DNA of 64,000 bases, taken from a candidate division FCPU426 bacterium (GTDB taxonomy: Bacteria > Oederibacteriota > Muellerivitia > Muellerivitales > Muellerivitaceae). Positions 23,350-33,215 of the stretch are shown in pieces; positions within the stretch are counted from its first letter, which is position 1, and each line of letters opens with the position of its first letter. The stretch is from assembly GCA_963830915.1 (NCBI GenBank), contig CAWHOE010000054.1, positions 1 to 64,000 of the forward strand, given 5' to 3'. The translations under genes and the position numbers were made by a program. The notes beneath the pieces are model-generated. The model ran no database searches and was not told the DNA's origin. It saw only the letters and a list, made by a program, of their open reading frames with translations.

Positions 23350-25077
23350 TTACGCCTCTTCTTTCTTCTTGGCTTTTTGTATTTCCCGATTAACGATCTT
23401 TTGCTGGACGATCGACAGCAAGTTCGTGATCACCCAATAAACCAGCAGTCCCGAAGGCCACTGAAAAGAGATGAACGTCAAGAATATCGGGAAAAACCAC
23501 ATCATAAACTTTTGTTGCCCGGCCGCTTGGGTCGCGGCTTGGCCCGACACCCTCTGTTGGACGATCATGGAGACGCCCATCAGGAGGGGAAGTACATAGA
23601 ACGGGTCCCTCAGGGTCAGGTCGGACACCCAAAGGAAAGGGGATCCCCGCAGCTCGATGCTGTGGGACAAGGTGGCGTAAAGGGCGAAGAAAACCGGCAT
23701 CTGCAGGAACATGGGCAGGCATCCGCCCAGGGGATTCACCCCGGCTGTCTGGTAAAGGGCCATGGTCTCCTGTTGTTGTTTCTGCTTGTCATCCGGATAT
23801 TTGCGCTTCAGGGCCTCCAGCTTGGGCTGCAACTCCTTCATTTTTTGCTGGGTCATGTACATGTTCTTGTAGCTGGAATGGGTGGGGAACCAGAGCACCA
23901 GCTTGATGAAGATGGAAAGCAGGAGGATGGCCACGCCCCAGTTGTGTCCCAGGGTGAAGAACCACTTCAAGAGCTCCAGCATGTACACGCTGATGAATCC
24001 GAACATCCCGAAATCCACCACGTTCTCCAACTGCAGGTGCAAACCTTTCAGCAGGGAATAATCCTGGGGACCGACGAAAACCTGGCCTTTTCGTTGAAAG
24101 CTCTCGCCCGACCTCAAAGCCTGGCCGGAAAAGACCAGAATGGGACGGGGATCGAAATTCTTCGGGTCCAAACCCGGGTTCGGGTCCTCTTCGGTGGGCG
24201 TCTTATAGGCATTGAAATCCCTCAAGACCTTGACCGAGGCGCCGCCCGAGGCCGGGTCCGGGATCATCGCCGCCATGAAGAACTGATTGGCCAAGGCTGT
24301 CCAGGTGATCGGGGCGGGTATCTCAACGCTCTCTTGCGCTTTCTTGATCCCCTCGTTGGCCAGGTGATCACCGCTATAGGTGGCGACCCGGTATCCTTGG
24401 ACACGGGATTGGGTTCCAGTGGCCTCTTCCTTGCCAAGGGTATCAGCCCATTGGATGCCCAAAGTGGATTCGGAAAGTTGGGAAGATCCAGTCTGGGAAA
24501 CGGTCACATCGAAATCGATCAGGTAGCTGCCGTTCTTGAAGTTGAACTTCTTCGTGATGACCGTCCCATTCTCACCCACGGTCTTAAAGGCCAGTTCGGT
24601 CTGCTCTCCCGGTTTGGTCAACTTTTTATCCGAACCGTCCACTTGAAAGCTCATCTGGTTGATCGAGGGAAGGGGCGCGTAGGTCAAGGAAAATGGTTTG
24701 ATCCGGTCCGGATCGGTGTTCACCAGTTGAACGGGTTTGTGACCAGCCTCCCGGTTCAAGTATTTCTTCAATTGAAAACCGGTCAGGACCGCGCCCTGAT
24801 TGGAGAAGGTGGCGATGTAATCGTCGGTCTCGACGGTGACCGTCGCGGCGGGAACAGCCTCGATCTTCCGGGCCGCCGGGACCTTGTGGGTCATCCCCGA
24901 AGACGCGTGGGTAACGATCGAAGGGGCGCTAAGGGTCGGATTGGCGGAGGATTGGGTTTGCGGGGTCGCCGTGGGCGCCGGTTTGGGCGGAACGACGGCC
25001 GGCATGAAATAACTGGACAGCCCCAGAATGAGCATGGAAAGAACTAAGAAGACGACGAGACGGCCTTGATTATCCAA
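23350..25077 (-). CDS. yidC: Membrane protein insertase YidC (long form with periplasmic domain)
   Basis: NWGVAI, LQPKL, NPLGGCLP, DLTLRDP, GLLVYW. Confidence 0.97.
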   Translation of the reverse strand: MDNQGRLVVFLVLSMLILGLSSYFMPAVVPPKPAPTATPQTQSSANPTLSAPSIVTHASSGMTHKVPAARKIEAVPAATVTVETDDYIATFSNQGAVLTGFQLKKYLNREAGHKPVQLVNTDPDRIKPFSLTYAPLPSINQMSFQVDGSDKKLTKPGEQTELAFKTVGENGTVITKKFNFKNGSYLIDFDVTVSQTGSSQLSESTLGIQWADTLGKEEATGTQSRVQGYRVATYSGDHLANEGIKKAQESVEIPAPITWTALANQFFMAAMIPDPASGGASVKVLRDFNAYKTPTEEDPNPGLDPKNFDPRPILVFSGQALRSGESFQRKGQVFVGPQDYSLLKGLHLQLENVVDFGMFGFISVYMLELLKWFFTLGHNWGVAILLLSIFIKLVLWFPTHSSYKNMYMTQQKMKELQPKLEALKRKYPDDKQKQQQETMALYQTAGVNPLGGCLPMFLQMPVFFALYATLSHSIELRGSPFLWVSDLTLRDPFYVLPLLMGVSMIVQQRVSGQAATQAAGQQKFMMWFFPIFLTFISFQWPSGLLVYWVITNLLSIVQQKIVNREIQKAKKKEEA

Positions 25078-25098
25078 ACGATCCCCCCGAGTTGATCT

Positions 25099-25320
25099 TT
25101 AATGAACGGGGTGGAATCCTCCGGATGAGAGGGGATGGCAACGGCTCAAACGTTTTAAACCCATGGCGAAGCCCTTCAACGCACCATAACGAACGACGGC
25201 TTGGCGGGTGTATTCCGAGCAGGTGGGCGTGAACCGGCAAGAGGGGGGTAGGTAAGGCGAGATCATCAGCTGATACCCCTTCAATAAAAGTAAAAGCCCC
25301 TGCTTCAAAAGTTTGTCCAT
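25099..25320 (-). CDS. yidD: Membrane protein insertion efficiency factor
   Basis: YQLMISP...CRFTPTCSEY...RCHP. Confidence 0.96.
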   Translation of the reverse strand: MDKLLKQGLLLLLKGYQLMISPYLPPSCRFTPTCSEYTRQAVVRYGALKGFAMGLKRLSRCHPLSSGGFHPVH

Positions 25321-25333
25321 TCTAAAATCCCGA

Positions 25334-25690
25334 TTATCCCATCCGGGGGAAGAGGCCCGCCCTGGTCGAAAGTGAGAGAAAGGAATGTCTCAACTCTTCG
25401 AAGGTACGGTCCGCGCTACCACGCCGGGGCAACAGTATGATTTGATAGCCCCCACGGAAACGCTCTTTTTCCACCCGATAAATTTCCCGAAGACGCCGCT
25501 TGAGCCGGTTCCGAAGGTGGGCCTTGCCTAAGGCCCGTCCCAATGAAACCCCGAATTTTCTTAGCCCCGCGTCCTCGCTGAATTGAACATAAAACGCTAA
25601 ATTCTTATCTTCCAACTTGCGGCATTGCTGAAAAACCGCCTTGAATTCTACGGACCGCTTCAGCCGCTCAGATTTCAAAAACCGCGGCAT
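25334..25690 (-). CDS. rnpA: RNase P protein component
   Basis: ERLK...F; RNR motif AHLRNRLKRRLRE. Confidence 0.93.
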   Translation of the reverse strand: MPRFLKSERLKRSVEFKAVFQQCRKLEDKNLAFYVQFSEDAGLRKFGVSLGRALGKAHLRNRLKRRLREIYRVEKERFRGGYQIILLPRRGSADRTFEELRHSFLSLSTRAGLFPRMG

Positions 25691-25712
25691 ATTGAACCCT
25701 TCCAGCGTCCGA

Positions 25713-25850
25713 TTATTGGACGCTGACCCGTAAACGGCTTTTCTTGCGGCGGGAGCTTAACACTCGCCGGCCACCGACGGTCTTCATCCGGCTGCGGAAA
25801 CCGTGAACTTTTTGGCGTTTACGTTTGTTGGGTTGAAAGGTCCTTTTCAT
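25713..25850 (-). CDS. rpmH: 50S ribosomal protein L34 (absent from the ORF track)
   Basis: Manual translation [45 protein letters not shown]. Confidence 0.97.
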   Translation of the reverse strand: MKRTFQPNKRKRQKVHGFRSRMKTVGGRRVLSSRRKKSRLRVSVQ

Positions 25851-26045
25851 AAAACTTAATCTTTCCTTTGGAGGGCCCCGCGAGGGAACCCTTGATTGAT
25901 ATTAAGACAACGTTGAAAAAGTGCGCCATTTTAACTGAAGGGTGACAACAGCGTCAACGAATCCTTGCCAAAGATTTGGCTTTTCTTCATGATAAACGCC
26001 TTCCATCCCTTGGCGGATGCTAGCCCTAGTGGTACAAAGGCCATC

Positions 26046-26579
26046 ATGCACATAGAACTCATCCTCGGCGGGGCTCGATCGGGAAAATCCCGCCACGCCC
26101 TGCGCCAGGACGCGGACGAATTCTTTTCATCCAAAATATTCCTCGCCACCGCCTCGGCGGCCGATCAGGAAATGACCGACCGCATCCAGCGGCATCGGGC
26201 CGAACGGGACGCGAGTTGGCGGACGGTGGAGGAGCCCTATCATCTGACGGACCGATTGGAAAAATGCGCCGTCGAGGAGAAAGGTCTCATCGTCCTGGAT
26301 TGCGCGACCCTTTGGATCTCCAACCTCTTGTGCGGGATCGGCGGGGAAGCCCTGAATGTCCCCGACGCGCTTCGGACTCTCGATAACTTTTTGGTAACCA
26401 TCCCAAAAATGAAGGGTCGCCTTCGTGTTGTGTCCAACGAGGTCGGTTTGGGGATCGTTCCTGAAAACTTATTGGCCCGACAATTCCGGGACTTGCAAGG
26501 GACCTTCAATCAAAGGGCCGCGTCCATTGCCAGCCAAGTTATTCTCATGACCGCCGGCATTCCCCAAAAATTAAAATAA
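26046..26579 (+). CDS. cobU: Adenosylcobinamide kinase/guanylyltransferase
   Basis: LILGGARSGKS, RIQRHRAER..WRTVEEP, LDCATLW, VSNEVGLG. Confidence 0.93.
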   Translation: MHIELILGGARSGKSRHALRQDADEFFSSKIFLATASAADQEMTDRIQRHRAERDASWRTVEEPYHLTDRLEKCAVEEKGLIVLDCATLWISNLLCGIGGEALNVPDALRTLDNFLVTIPKMKGRLRVVSNEVGLGIVPENLLARQFRDLQGTFNQRAASIASQVILMTAGIPQKLK

Positions 26580-26650
26580 TAATCTTTACAAAACTTGAAA
26601 ATATTTTTTGAAGCTGGGAAACTAAAACCATCTTCGCTAGGTTAAAAATT

Positions 26651-27286
26651 GTGCACAGAGAGTCCACCGTGTCCTTCAAACCTCCTCGTTCTATCCCCCG
26701 CGCGAAATGGTCCCAGGGTCTTTCCGCCCTGGATAAGCTTTGGAAGCGGGGTCTGTTCCCCAACGAATTGGAGCGTCATTATTTCCTCCATTGGTTCGTC
26801 GTCTATGACGGTAACATCCTACGGACCGCCGACGCCCTTCAGATCCACCGCAATACCATCCAGGGCCACTTCCTGAGCCTGGGTTACTCAAAAAAATCGG
26901 TGAAGCTTCGCCATTCCTGGCGGGAGATCCAGGAAAAATATCCCAAGGATTCCTTCGAGAAAAATTTCCTGCGGTTCTACCAAAAGTTCGGCAAGAAACC
27001 GAGTTTCACTCCCGAAGAGAACAATGCCTTGGTGGGTCTGTGGCAGACCCGGTTCTCTTTCAAGACCCTGGTCTCCCATTATCTTCTCTGGTCCATCCGA
27101 AGCGGCAAGTCACGGGATTGGGTCCAGAAACAACTGGATTATTCCTACCGCCACCGGGCCAGGCTGCTGAGCCAGTTGGTGAAATCCAAGACCCGGGACG
27201 GGTTCTGGCTATCCCCATTGAAGCCTTCCCCCCGGGAGATCCACACCCCTCGTTACCAAAAGATCCTGCGTAAAAAGGGTCTTTAA
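26651..27286 (+). CDS. Hypothetical basic protein with Fis-like HTH
   Basis: ELERHYFLHWFVVYDGNILRTADALQIHRNTI resembles HTH_8 (Fis-type). Confidence 0.6.
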   Translation: MHRESTVSFKPPRSIPRAKWSQGLSALDKLWKRGLFPNELERHYFLHWFVVYDGNILRTADALQIHRNTIQGHFLSLGYSKKSVKLRHSWREIQEKYPKDSFEKNFLRFYQKFGKKPSFTPEENNALVGLWQTRFSFKTLVSHYLLWSIRSGKSRDWVQKQLDYSYRHRARLLSQLVKSKTRDGFWLSPLKPSPREIHTPRYQKILRKKGL

Positions 27287-27378
27287 ACCATTACCCCTCT
27301 CGACTCTTTTAAAAGGTGTGCCGCCGCTCTTAATATGGTAAAAATTGTCCGTCGAAAGCCTCATTCAAGGGGAGATTC

Positions 27379-28485
27379 ATGAGCCTGCCGAAAACTTTTA
27401 TTTCCATTCCGCCTCTCTACCAAAAAGTCATGCAAGCCGCGGCCAAACGGCAGGCACAACTGACCAAGCCGGCCCGCAGCCTGGGCCGCTTGGAGGATAT
27501 CGCCATCCAAGTCGCCGGGATCACGGGCGAGGTCATCCCCAAACTGGGCAAGAAAAGGGTCATCCTCTGCGCCGCCGACCACGGGGTCACAGCCGAAGGC
27601 GTTTCCGCCTTTCCCTCCGCGGTCACTCCTATGATGGTGTTGAACTTCCTTAAAGGCGGGGCGGCCATCAACGCCTTGGCCCGCCACTCGGGGGCCGAAA
27701 TCCAGGTGGTGGATGTTGGCGTCGCGGCCGAGCTTCCCAAGACCCACAAGCTCATCTTAGCCAAGATCGCCATGGGGACCAGGAACTTCAAGGTGGAGCC
27801 CGCCATGACCGAGGCCCAATGCGATAAGGCCCTGGAGATCGGCCTGCGTCTGGCCTACCAGGCCAAGAAGGACAAGATCCGCTGGGTGGTCTTGGGTGAA
27901 ATGGGGATCGGCAACACCACCTCCTCCGCCGCCCTGATGGCCGCCTTGCTTCCCTGCGCCGTGGAGGATGTGACCGGTTTCGGGACCGGCATCGACCGGA
28001 CCCAATGGCTGGTGAAGTGCCGGGTCATCCAGGAAGGCCTCCGCCGCCACAACGTGGACGCTTCCGATCCCTTGCGGGCCCTTCAATGCCTGGGAGGCCT
28101 GGAGATCGCCGCCTTGACCGGCGTGGTCATGGGCTGCGCCAAGAACCGCATCCCCATCGTGGTGGACGGATTCATCACCTCGGCGGCTTTCCTGGTCGCT
28201 TACCGCCTCAATTCAAGGGTGAAAGAGTACTCGTTCTTCTCCCACCGTTCGGAGGAACCGGGACATTCCAAGTTCCTGGATATGCTCGACGTGAAGCCCC
28301 TGCTCAATTTGAAGATGCGCTTGGGCGAGGGAACGGGCGGGGCCTTGGCATTGAATATCCTGGAATCGGCCTTGAAAACCCACGCCGAAATGGCGACCTT
28401 CGAGAGCGCCAAGGTACCCACCAAGACCAAAAGATCCAAGACCTATCCACGGCACAATATCGAAAAGAGGAAAAGCGAGGACTGA
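27379..28485 (+). CDS. cobT: Nicotinate-nucleotide-DMB phosphoribosyltransferase
   Basis: LTKPARSLGRLE, AADHGV, GEMGIGNTT, GGLEIAA, MRLGEGTG. Confidence 0.96.
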   Translation: MSLPKTFISIPPLYQKVMQAAAKRQAQLTKPARSLGRLEDIAIQVAGITGEVIPKLGKKRVILCAADHGVTAEGVSAFPSAVTPMMVLNFLKGGAAINALARHSGAEIQVVDVGVAAELPKTHKLILAKIAMGTRNFKVEPAMTEAQCDKALEIGLRLAYQAKKDKIRWVVLGEMGIGNTTSSAALMAALLPCAVEDVTGFGTGIDRTQWLVKCRVIQEGLRRHNVDASDPLRALQCLGGLEIAALTGVVMGCAKNRIPIVVDGFITSAAFLVAYRLNSRVKEYSFFSHRSEEPGHSKFLDMLDVKPLLNLKMRLGEGTGGALALNILESALKTHAEMATFESAKVPTKTKRSKTYPRHNIEKRKSED

Positions 28486-28516
28486 CCTCCCTTCTCCCAC
28501 CATTGAAAGGTTTTGA

Positions 28517-29242
28517 ATGAAATCTTTTTTCATGGCCCTTTCAACCCTCACCTGTCTCCCTTTCCCTTCGGGAAAAGGAACTTCCGGTCATATGAAAAAT
28601 TCGGTCATCTTCTATCCTCTCGCCGGCGGGCTCATCGGGGCCCTGTTAGCCCTGGTCTGGAAAAGTCCTCTCCCTAACAACCTGCAGGCCCTTCTAACCT
28701 TGATCCTCTGGGTCTTGTTGACCTTGGCGTTCCATCTGGACGGTCTGGGGGATTGTTTGGACGGTTGGTTCGGGGGGAAAGACCCGAAGGAACGCCGCCG
28801 CATCATGAAAGGTTCCACACTCGGGGTCTACGGGGCCGTCGGCATCGTCCTGGTCCTCATTTCCAAATACGTCCTCTTGGAACACCTGTTCACCAAGACG
28901 GATGGGTGGAAGTGGCTCATCGCCATCCCCGCCGGGGCTCGTTTCGCCGCGGTGGTCTCCTGTTTCATCTCCAAACCGCCCAAAGGGGACCATGGCCTGG
29001 GTTCCCTCGTCCTCGGGCTTTCCTTTCCAGGCTTCCTCTTATCCTTATTGTTCCTTTCGGCGCTGATCCCGTGGTTCCGCTGGTACTTCCTTTGGCTCCT
29101 GGGTATCGCGTTGGCCGTGTCCATGGTCATATCCTCGGTCTCGAAAAACCGCATCGGGGGACTCACCGGCGACGGCCTGGGCGCCACGATCGAGTTGACC
29201 GAGGTCGCCCTCCTTTTCCTCGCTTGTCTATCCTTCGTTTAA
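28517..29242 (+). CDS. cobS: Cobalamin synthase (adenosylcobinamide-GDP ribazoletransferase)
   Basis: HLDGLGDCLDG, GGLTGDGLGA..E, multiple TM helices. Confidence 0.93.
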   Translation: MKSFFMALSTLTCLPFPSGKGTSGHMKNSVIFYPLAGGLIGALLALVWKSPLPNNLQALLTLILWVLLTLAFHLDGLGDCLDGWFGGKDPKERRRIMKGSTLGVYGAVGIVLVLISKYVLLEHLFTKTDGWKWLIAIPAGARFAAVVSCFISKPPKGDHGLGSLVLGLSFPGFLLSLLFLSALIPWFRWYFLWLLGIALAVSMVISSVSKNRIGGLTGDGLGATIELTEVALLFLACLSFV

Positions 29243-29243
29243 A

Positions 29244-29978
29244 ATGAATCCGAAAAAAACGGTCTTGATCATCGGCCATGGAAGCCGAGAAAGTTCCGCC
29301 CTCAACGAATTCAAGCGAATGGTCCGACAGTATGGCCGCCGTCGCCCGAAATGGTGGATCGCCTACGCTTTCCTGGAAATGGCCGAACCTTCCATCCCCC
29401 AAGCCTTGGGTTCTCTCGCAAAACGAACCAACGAGATACTCATCCTTCCGCTCTTCCTATTCGCCGCGGGACACATGAAAAGGGACATCCCTAAGATCCT
29501 GAAGGAATTCAAAATGAGCCATCCCAAGGTCCGGGTGAAACTGGCCAAAGAATTGGGGCCTGAACCTTTGATGGCGGAATTATTAATGAAAAGGGTTGGA
29601 TTGAAAAAAAGGACTTTCTCACAAAACCAAATCTTGGTCGTGGGGCGGGGCGCCAGGGAACTATCCGCGCAAAAGGACTTCCGGAAAATAGTCGGGATCC
29701 TCCGAAAAAAAGGGGACTTCAAGAAGGTCCAACATTGTTTTTTCGATGTATCCAGGCCAAGCTTCGAGGAAAGTCTTTCAACCCTAGCGGCCCAGAAACC
29801 TCAGAAGCTTTTGATCGCGCCCTACCTGCTTTTTAAAGGTTCTTTGGTCGACCGGATCTCGAAAAGAACGCGTCTGTATTCCCTCCAAAACCCGGCCATC
29901 CAAGTCCGCCTAGCGCCTCCTTTAGGCATCCATCCCAAACTATTCCAATTGATGGACCAAAGACTCCGAGAACTTTAG
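29244..29978 (+). CDS. cbiX: CbiX/SirB family chelatase (two-domain)
   Basis: IGHGSR, AFLEMAEPS, PLFLFAAGH..DIP; second domain with VGRG and PYLLFKG. Confidence 0.85.
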   Translation: MNPKKTVLIIGHGSRESSALNEFKRMVRQYGRRRPKWWIAYAFLEMAEPSIPQALGSLAKRTNEILILPLFLFAAGHMKRDIPKILKEFKMSHPKVRVKLAKELGPEPLMAELLMKRVGLKKRTFSQNQILVVGRGARELSAQKDFRKIVGILRKKGDFKKVQHCFFDVSRPSFEESLSTLAAQKPQKLLIAPYLLFKGSLVDRISKRTRLYSLQNPAIQVRLAPPLGIHPKLFQLMDQRLREL

Positions 29979-31984
29979 AAAGAGACCTTGGTTCCCGCGT
30001 AAGCGGAGATTCCGGGAGTCCCATATCCATAGACTTCCTCATAAATCGTATTGAATAAATTGTCCACCCGGCCAAAGAGTTTGAGGTTGGCGTTGATGTC
30101 ATAGGCAGCCATCAGGTTCACCAGGGTATAGGAAGGCAAGGTGACGGGTGTGGAGGTGTAATTTAAGAAGGCCTCGTCCGGCCTGTCCCCGACATAAAGA
30201 ATATTGAATCCTATATGAGCCCCTCTCCATTGGTATGAAGCGCTGAAATCGGCCTGGTTCTGGGGCCTGCGCAAGAGTGCATTCCCGGTTTGCTCGTCGA
30301 AAGCCCAGGTATAGGTATAGTCGGCCCTTATTTCCAGGTCCGTGATCGGTTTGGCGGAAGCGAAAGTTTCCCACCCTTCGGTCCGGGCTTTCCCGATATT
30401 GAAATATTCCCCATAGGGAGGCGTGGCTGTATTCTCATAATCGATCAAGTTGGTGTAATCGTTATGGAAATAAGTCGCCCCCGCCTTGATCGCGCCACCC
30501 AGGAATGGTTGCTCGAATCCCGCGTCCCATCCCTCACTGGTCTCGGCCCGCAAACTGGCGCTGCCATAGGGGGAATAAAGCTGGTAGATCGAAGGCGCGG
30601 TGAATCCCGTGCCATAGGTCGCCTTCAACTTGGTTTCCAACCCCGGGACGAAATAAGCGACCGCGCCCCGATAGGTATATTGGCTCCCAAAGGAACTGAC
30701 CGCGTCCAACCGGCCGCCCAGTGTGGCGAAAAGCCTGTCCAATAAAGCGGTCTGGCTCTCGATGAAATAACTGCCCGTGGTCGTCGTTCGGTCGATCAAG
30801 GTATCCGAGAGTCCATAACCGAAATCGGCCGTATCATCCTCCCGGCCCCACTCTTCCTGTTCCTGTATCCCGGCCGCCAGGGTTTCGCCCTTCCAGAGGT
30901 TGATATTGTTTTGCCAATTGATCTGGGCCGATTGTCCCTCCAGGGCTCCCCGCTCATAGTGCGAGTTCGCGTAGGAACTGAAATCGTCGGTATAAACTTG
31001 CAGATCGTTCGTATAGGACATTCCCAAAACCTGTTCCCATTGACCGTCCAGGAGCTTCCAATTGGATTGGCTTCCCACCACCCACTGCCGTTCATTCACG
31101 AAATAATTGGGATCATCCCCATTCGCCCCGCCTTGTGAGGGAAGATTGGTCCTGGATTGGATATAACGAACGTAAACATGGTTGTCCAAGTCGGAGGAAG
31201 GCAAAATCCCCAATCGAAAGGAAGCGGTGGTGTTCTCGTCCGAGTCGTTGAGGGTATTGCCCAGGGCTTTATCCGCCGAGGGGAAACCATCCGTTTCATA
31301 ACGGGAAGCGGATAGGGAGTAATTGACGCTCTTGTCCCCCGCCGAAGCGGTCGCCGACTCGCGGAAAGTGTCATACGCCCCGCCTTCCAACAGGAGAGAG
31401 CCTTTGGGGGGCCCGTCCCCCCTCTGGGTGATGATGTTCACGACCCCCGCCGTGGCGTTGGTTCCGTAGACCGTGCTCATCGGACCCCGTACCACCTCGA
31501 TCTGGCTGACATCCTCGAGGAAGTACTGATCAAAATCAGTGAAGGACCGGTCGGTCGAGATAGGATTGTTCATGGGGATCCCATCCACCAGGACCAGCGA
31601 ATGTCCCGCGTCGGCGCCGCGGATGAAGAGGGAGGAGTTCTCTCCGGAAGCGCCGTTCACAAGAAGGGTCAAGCCCGGAACTCCCTGGAGCGCGTCCAGG
31701 GCTGTGCTCGCCTGTTTTTGCTCGATATCCTTGGCGGTGATGACGCTCATCGAATTGGCCACTTGGCTCAAGGGCGTATCCAGGCGGTTGGTACTCACGA
31801 CCACTTCGGGCATGGCCACGCCGAACTGGGCGGAAGAGGTATTGGCTTGGGACTCGACCGTCAGGGTATTACCCGTCGACTCTGGTAAAAGGGGATCGGC
31901 CCAAAGGAACGAAGGGGGAGAAACAATGCCGCCAAGAACTAAGACCAAAGATAAAACACGTCCACGACTTGAAATTCGATTCAT
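29975..31984 (-). CDS. btuB: TonB-dependent receptor, BtuB-like
   Basis: EVVVST TonB box, IRGAD..VLVDG, IEVVRGP..YG, C-terminal F. Start moved to ATG 31984 (GAGGTG RBS) because the longer ORF runs into the riboswitch. Confidence 0.92.
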   Translation of the reverse strand: MNRISSRGRVLSLVLVLGGIVSPPSFLWADPLLPESTGNTLTVESQANTSSAQFGVAMPEVVVSTNRLDTPLSQVANSMSVITAKDIEQKQASTALDALQGVPGLTLLVNGASGENSSLFIRGADAGHSLVLVDGIPMNNPISTDRSFTDFDQYFLEDVSQIEVVRGPMSTVYGTNATAGVVNIITQRGDGPPKGSLLLEGGAYDTFRESATASAGDKSVNYSLSASRYETDGFPSADKALGNTLNDSDENTTASFRLGILPSSDLDNHVYVRYIQSRTNLPSQGGANGDDPNYFVNERQWVVGSQSNWKLLDGQWEQVLGMSYTNDLQVYTDDFSSYANSHYERGALEGQSAQINWQNNINLWKGETLAAGIQEQEEWGREDDTADFGYGLSDTLIDRTTTTGSYFIESQTALLDRLFATLGGRLDAVSSFGSQYTYRGAVAYFVPGLETKLKATYGTGFTAPSIYQLYSPYGSASLRAETSEGWDAGFEQPFLGGAIKAGATYFHNDYTNLIDYENTATPPYGEYFNIGKARTEGWETFASAKPITDLEIRADYTYTWAFDEQTGNALLRRPQNQADFSASYQWRGAHIGFNILYVGDRPDEAFLNYTSTPVTLPSYTLVNLMAAYDINANLKLFGRVDNLFNTIYEEVYGYGTPGISAYAGTKVSF

Positions 31985-32090
31985 GAGCCCACACCTCGAG
32001 GCCGAACGCTCATCAAGGAGGGGTTGCAGGGAGGAAAACCGGAATGGGCTTAACTCTCCGCTTCTTATTCCCGAAGAAGCATTCGAAGAT

Positions 32091-32315
32091 TTCTCAAGGC
32101 CGGTCTCCTGGCTTGGGGCATACGACCTTCCGGCCTTCCCATCCCTTTTCAAGGACAGTGACTCGGAAGAAAAGAACAGCGCCCCTCACAGTGGCGGGTC
32201 CGCGTACCGTCTTCCGGATCTTAAGGAGGACGGCATGTTCGGCGCTCCAACAAGGGCCTTTCGGTCCATTCGCGCCTCACACCAGATTCTCACTGGCTTC
32301 CCAAACACCTTGAGT
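32091..32315 (-). ncRNA. Cobalamin riboswitch (atypical, with insertion)
   Basis: Minus strand: CTCAAGGT...GGGAAGCCAGTGAGAATCTGGT...GCGGACCCGCCACTGTGA...CACTG..GGGAAGG...GCCCCAAGCCAGGAGACCGGCCTTGAG. P1 ends pair and the B12 box is present. Confidence 0.9.
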
Positions 32316-32360
32316 TATGTGGCTTAGATACTCCTCTTTAAAACCAAAGTCAACGCAATA

Positions 32361-33215
32361 CTACTTTTGGGCCTCATCGAAGACCTTCGAGAGGTATTCG
32401 GCCAGTCCCAGCATGGTCGGTCCCGGGATCAAGTACTCATCCTGGGTCATGAAATAGAGATGATGCTCTCGCACGGCTTTCAAGGAAGAAAGCTCGGCCC
32501 AGGAATCCTTGGCCTTCTGGATGGTTTCCTTCGTGGCCTCATCACCCGGCATGGAATCCACGATGACATCCGGGTCCTCTTTCAACAGATCTTCCTTGGA
32601 GACCAACGGATAGGGCGCGGCCGTTCCCCGCAGGATGTTCTTGCCCCCCGCCAGTCGCAGGATCTCGTCCACGAACGATTTGTCCCCCGCCGCGTAGATC
32701 TGCTGAAGGCCGTCCGTATTGTGTCCCACCACGAAAAGGACCGAGACTTCTTTTCGGGTCCCCGCTTTCTTTCGGACCAGGGCCAGTCTTTTTTCCAAAC
32801 GCGTTCTCGCCTGAAGGGCCTCGGCTTCCAGCCCCAAGCGTTTGCCCAATAGGTCGTAGGTGTCCAGCACATCCTGGATCTTGGAGTCATCCTGGACCAG
32901 GACCGGGATGCCTAAATGCTCCAAGGTCGTGATGGTCTGGCCATGGAAGGGAAGCATCAAGACCAGATCGGGTTTCAGCGACACGATCATCTCGATGTTG
33001 GGGTTATAAAAACCCCCGACCTTTTCCTTTTTCCTCGCCGCGGGAGGATATTTGCAGAAGTCGGTCACGCCAACAATGCGGTCCTGGGCCCCCATGTCGT
33101 AAAGGATCTCGGTGAAGTTGGGCGACATGGAAATGACCCGGTGAGGGAAAGGTTCCTGCGCTCTGGGGACCGCGCAAAGGGCCAGGATGAAAAAGAAAAG
33201 AAAGGACCTTATCAC
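32361..33215 (-). CDS. btuF: Cobalamin ABC transporter substrate-binding protein
   Basis: RVISMSPNFTEIL, VGVTDFCKYP, EMIVSLKPDLV, PGP. Likely GTG start overlapping the bluB stop. Confidence 0.88.
   Translation of the reverse strand: MIRSFLFFFILALCAVPRAQEPFPHRVISMSPNFTEILYDMGAQDRIVGVTDFCKYPPAARKKEKVGGFYNPNIEMIVSLKPDLVLMLPFHGQTITTLEHLGIPVLVQDDSKIQDVLDTYDLLGKRLGLEAEALQARTRLEKRLALVRKKAGTRKEVSVLFVVGHNTDGLQQIYAAGDKSFVDEILRLAGGKNILRGTAAPYPLVSKEDLLKEDPDVIVDSMPGDEATKETIQKAKDSWAELSSLKAVREHHLYFMTQDEYLIPGPTMLGLAEYLSKVFDEAQK

Noticed and set aside
23344..25047. 567 aa plus-strand ORF
   Set aside because: Antisense shadow of yidC caused by GC3-rich codon usage.
31985..32152. N-terminal extension of btuB in the ORF track
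   Set aside because: It lies within the riboswitch/leader; the RBS and signal peptide fit ATG 31984.
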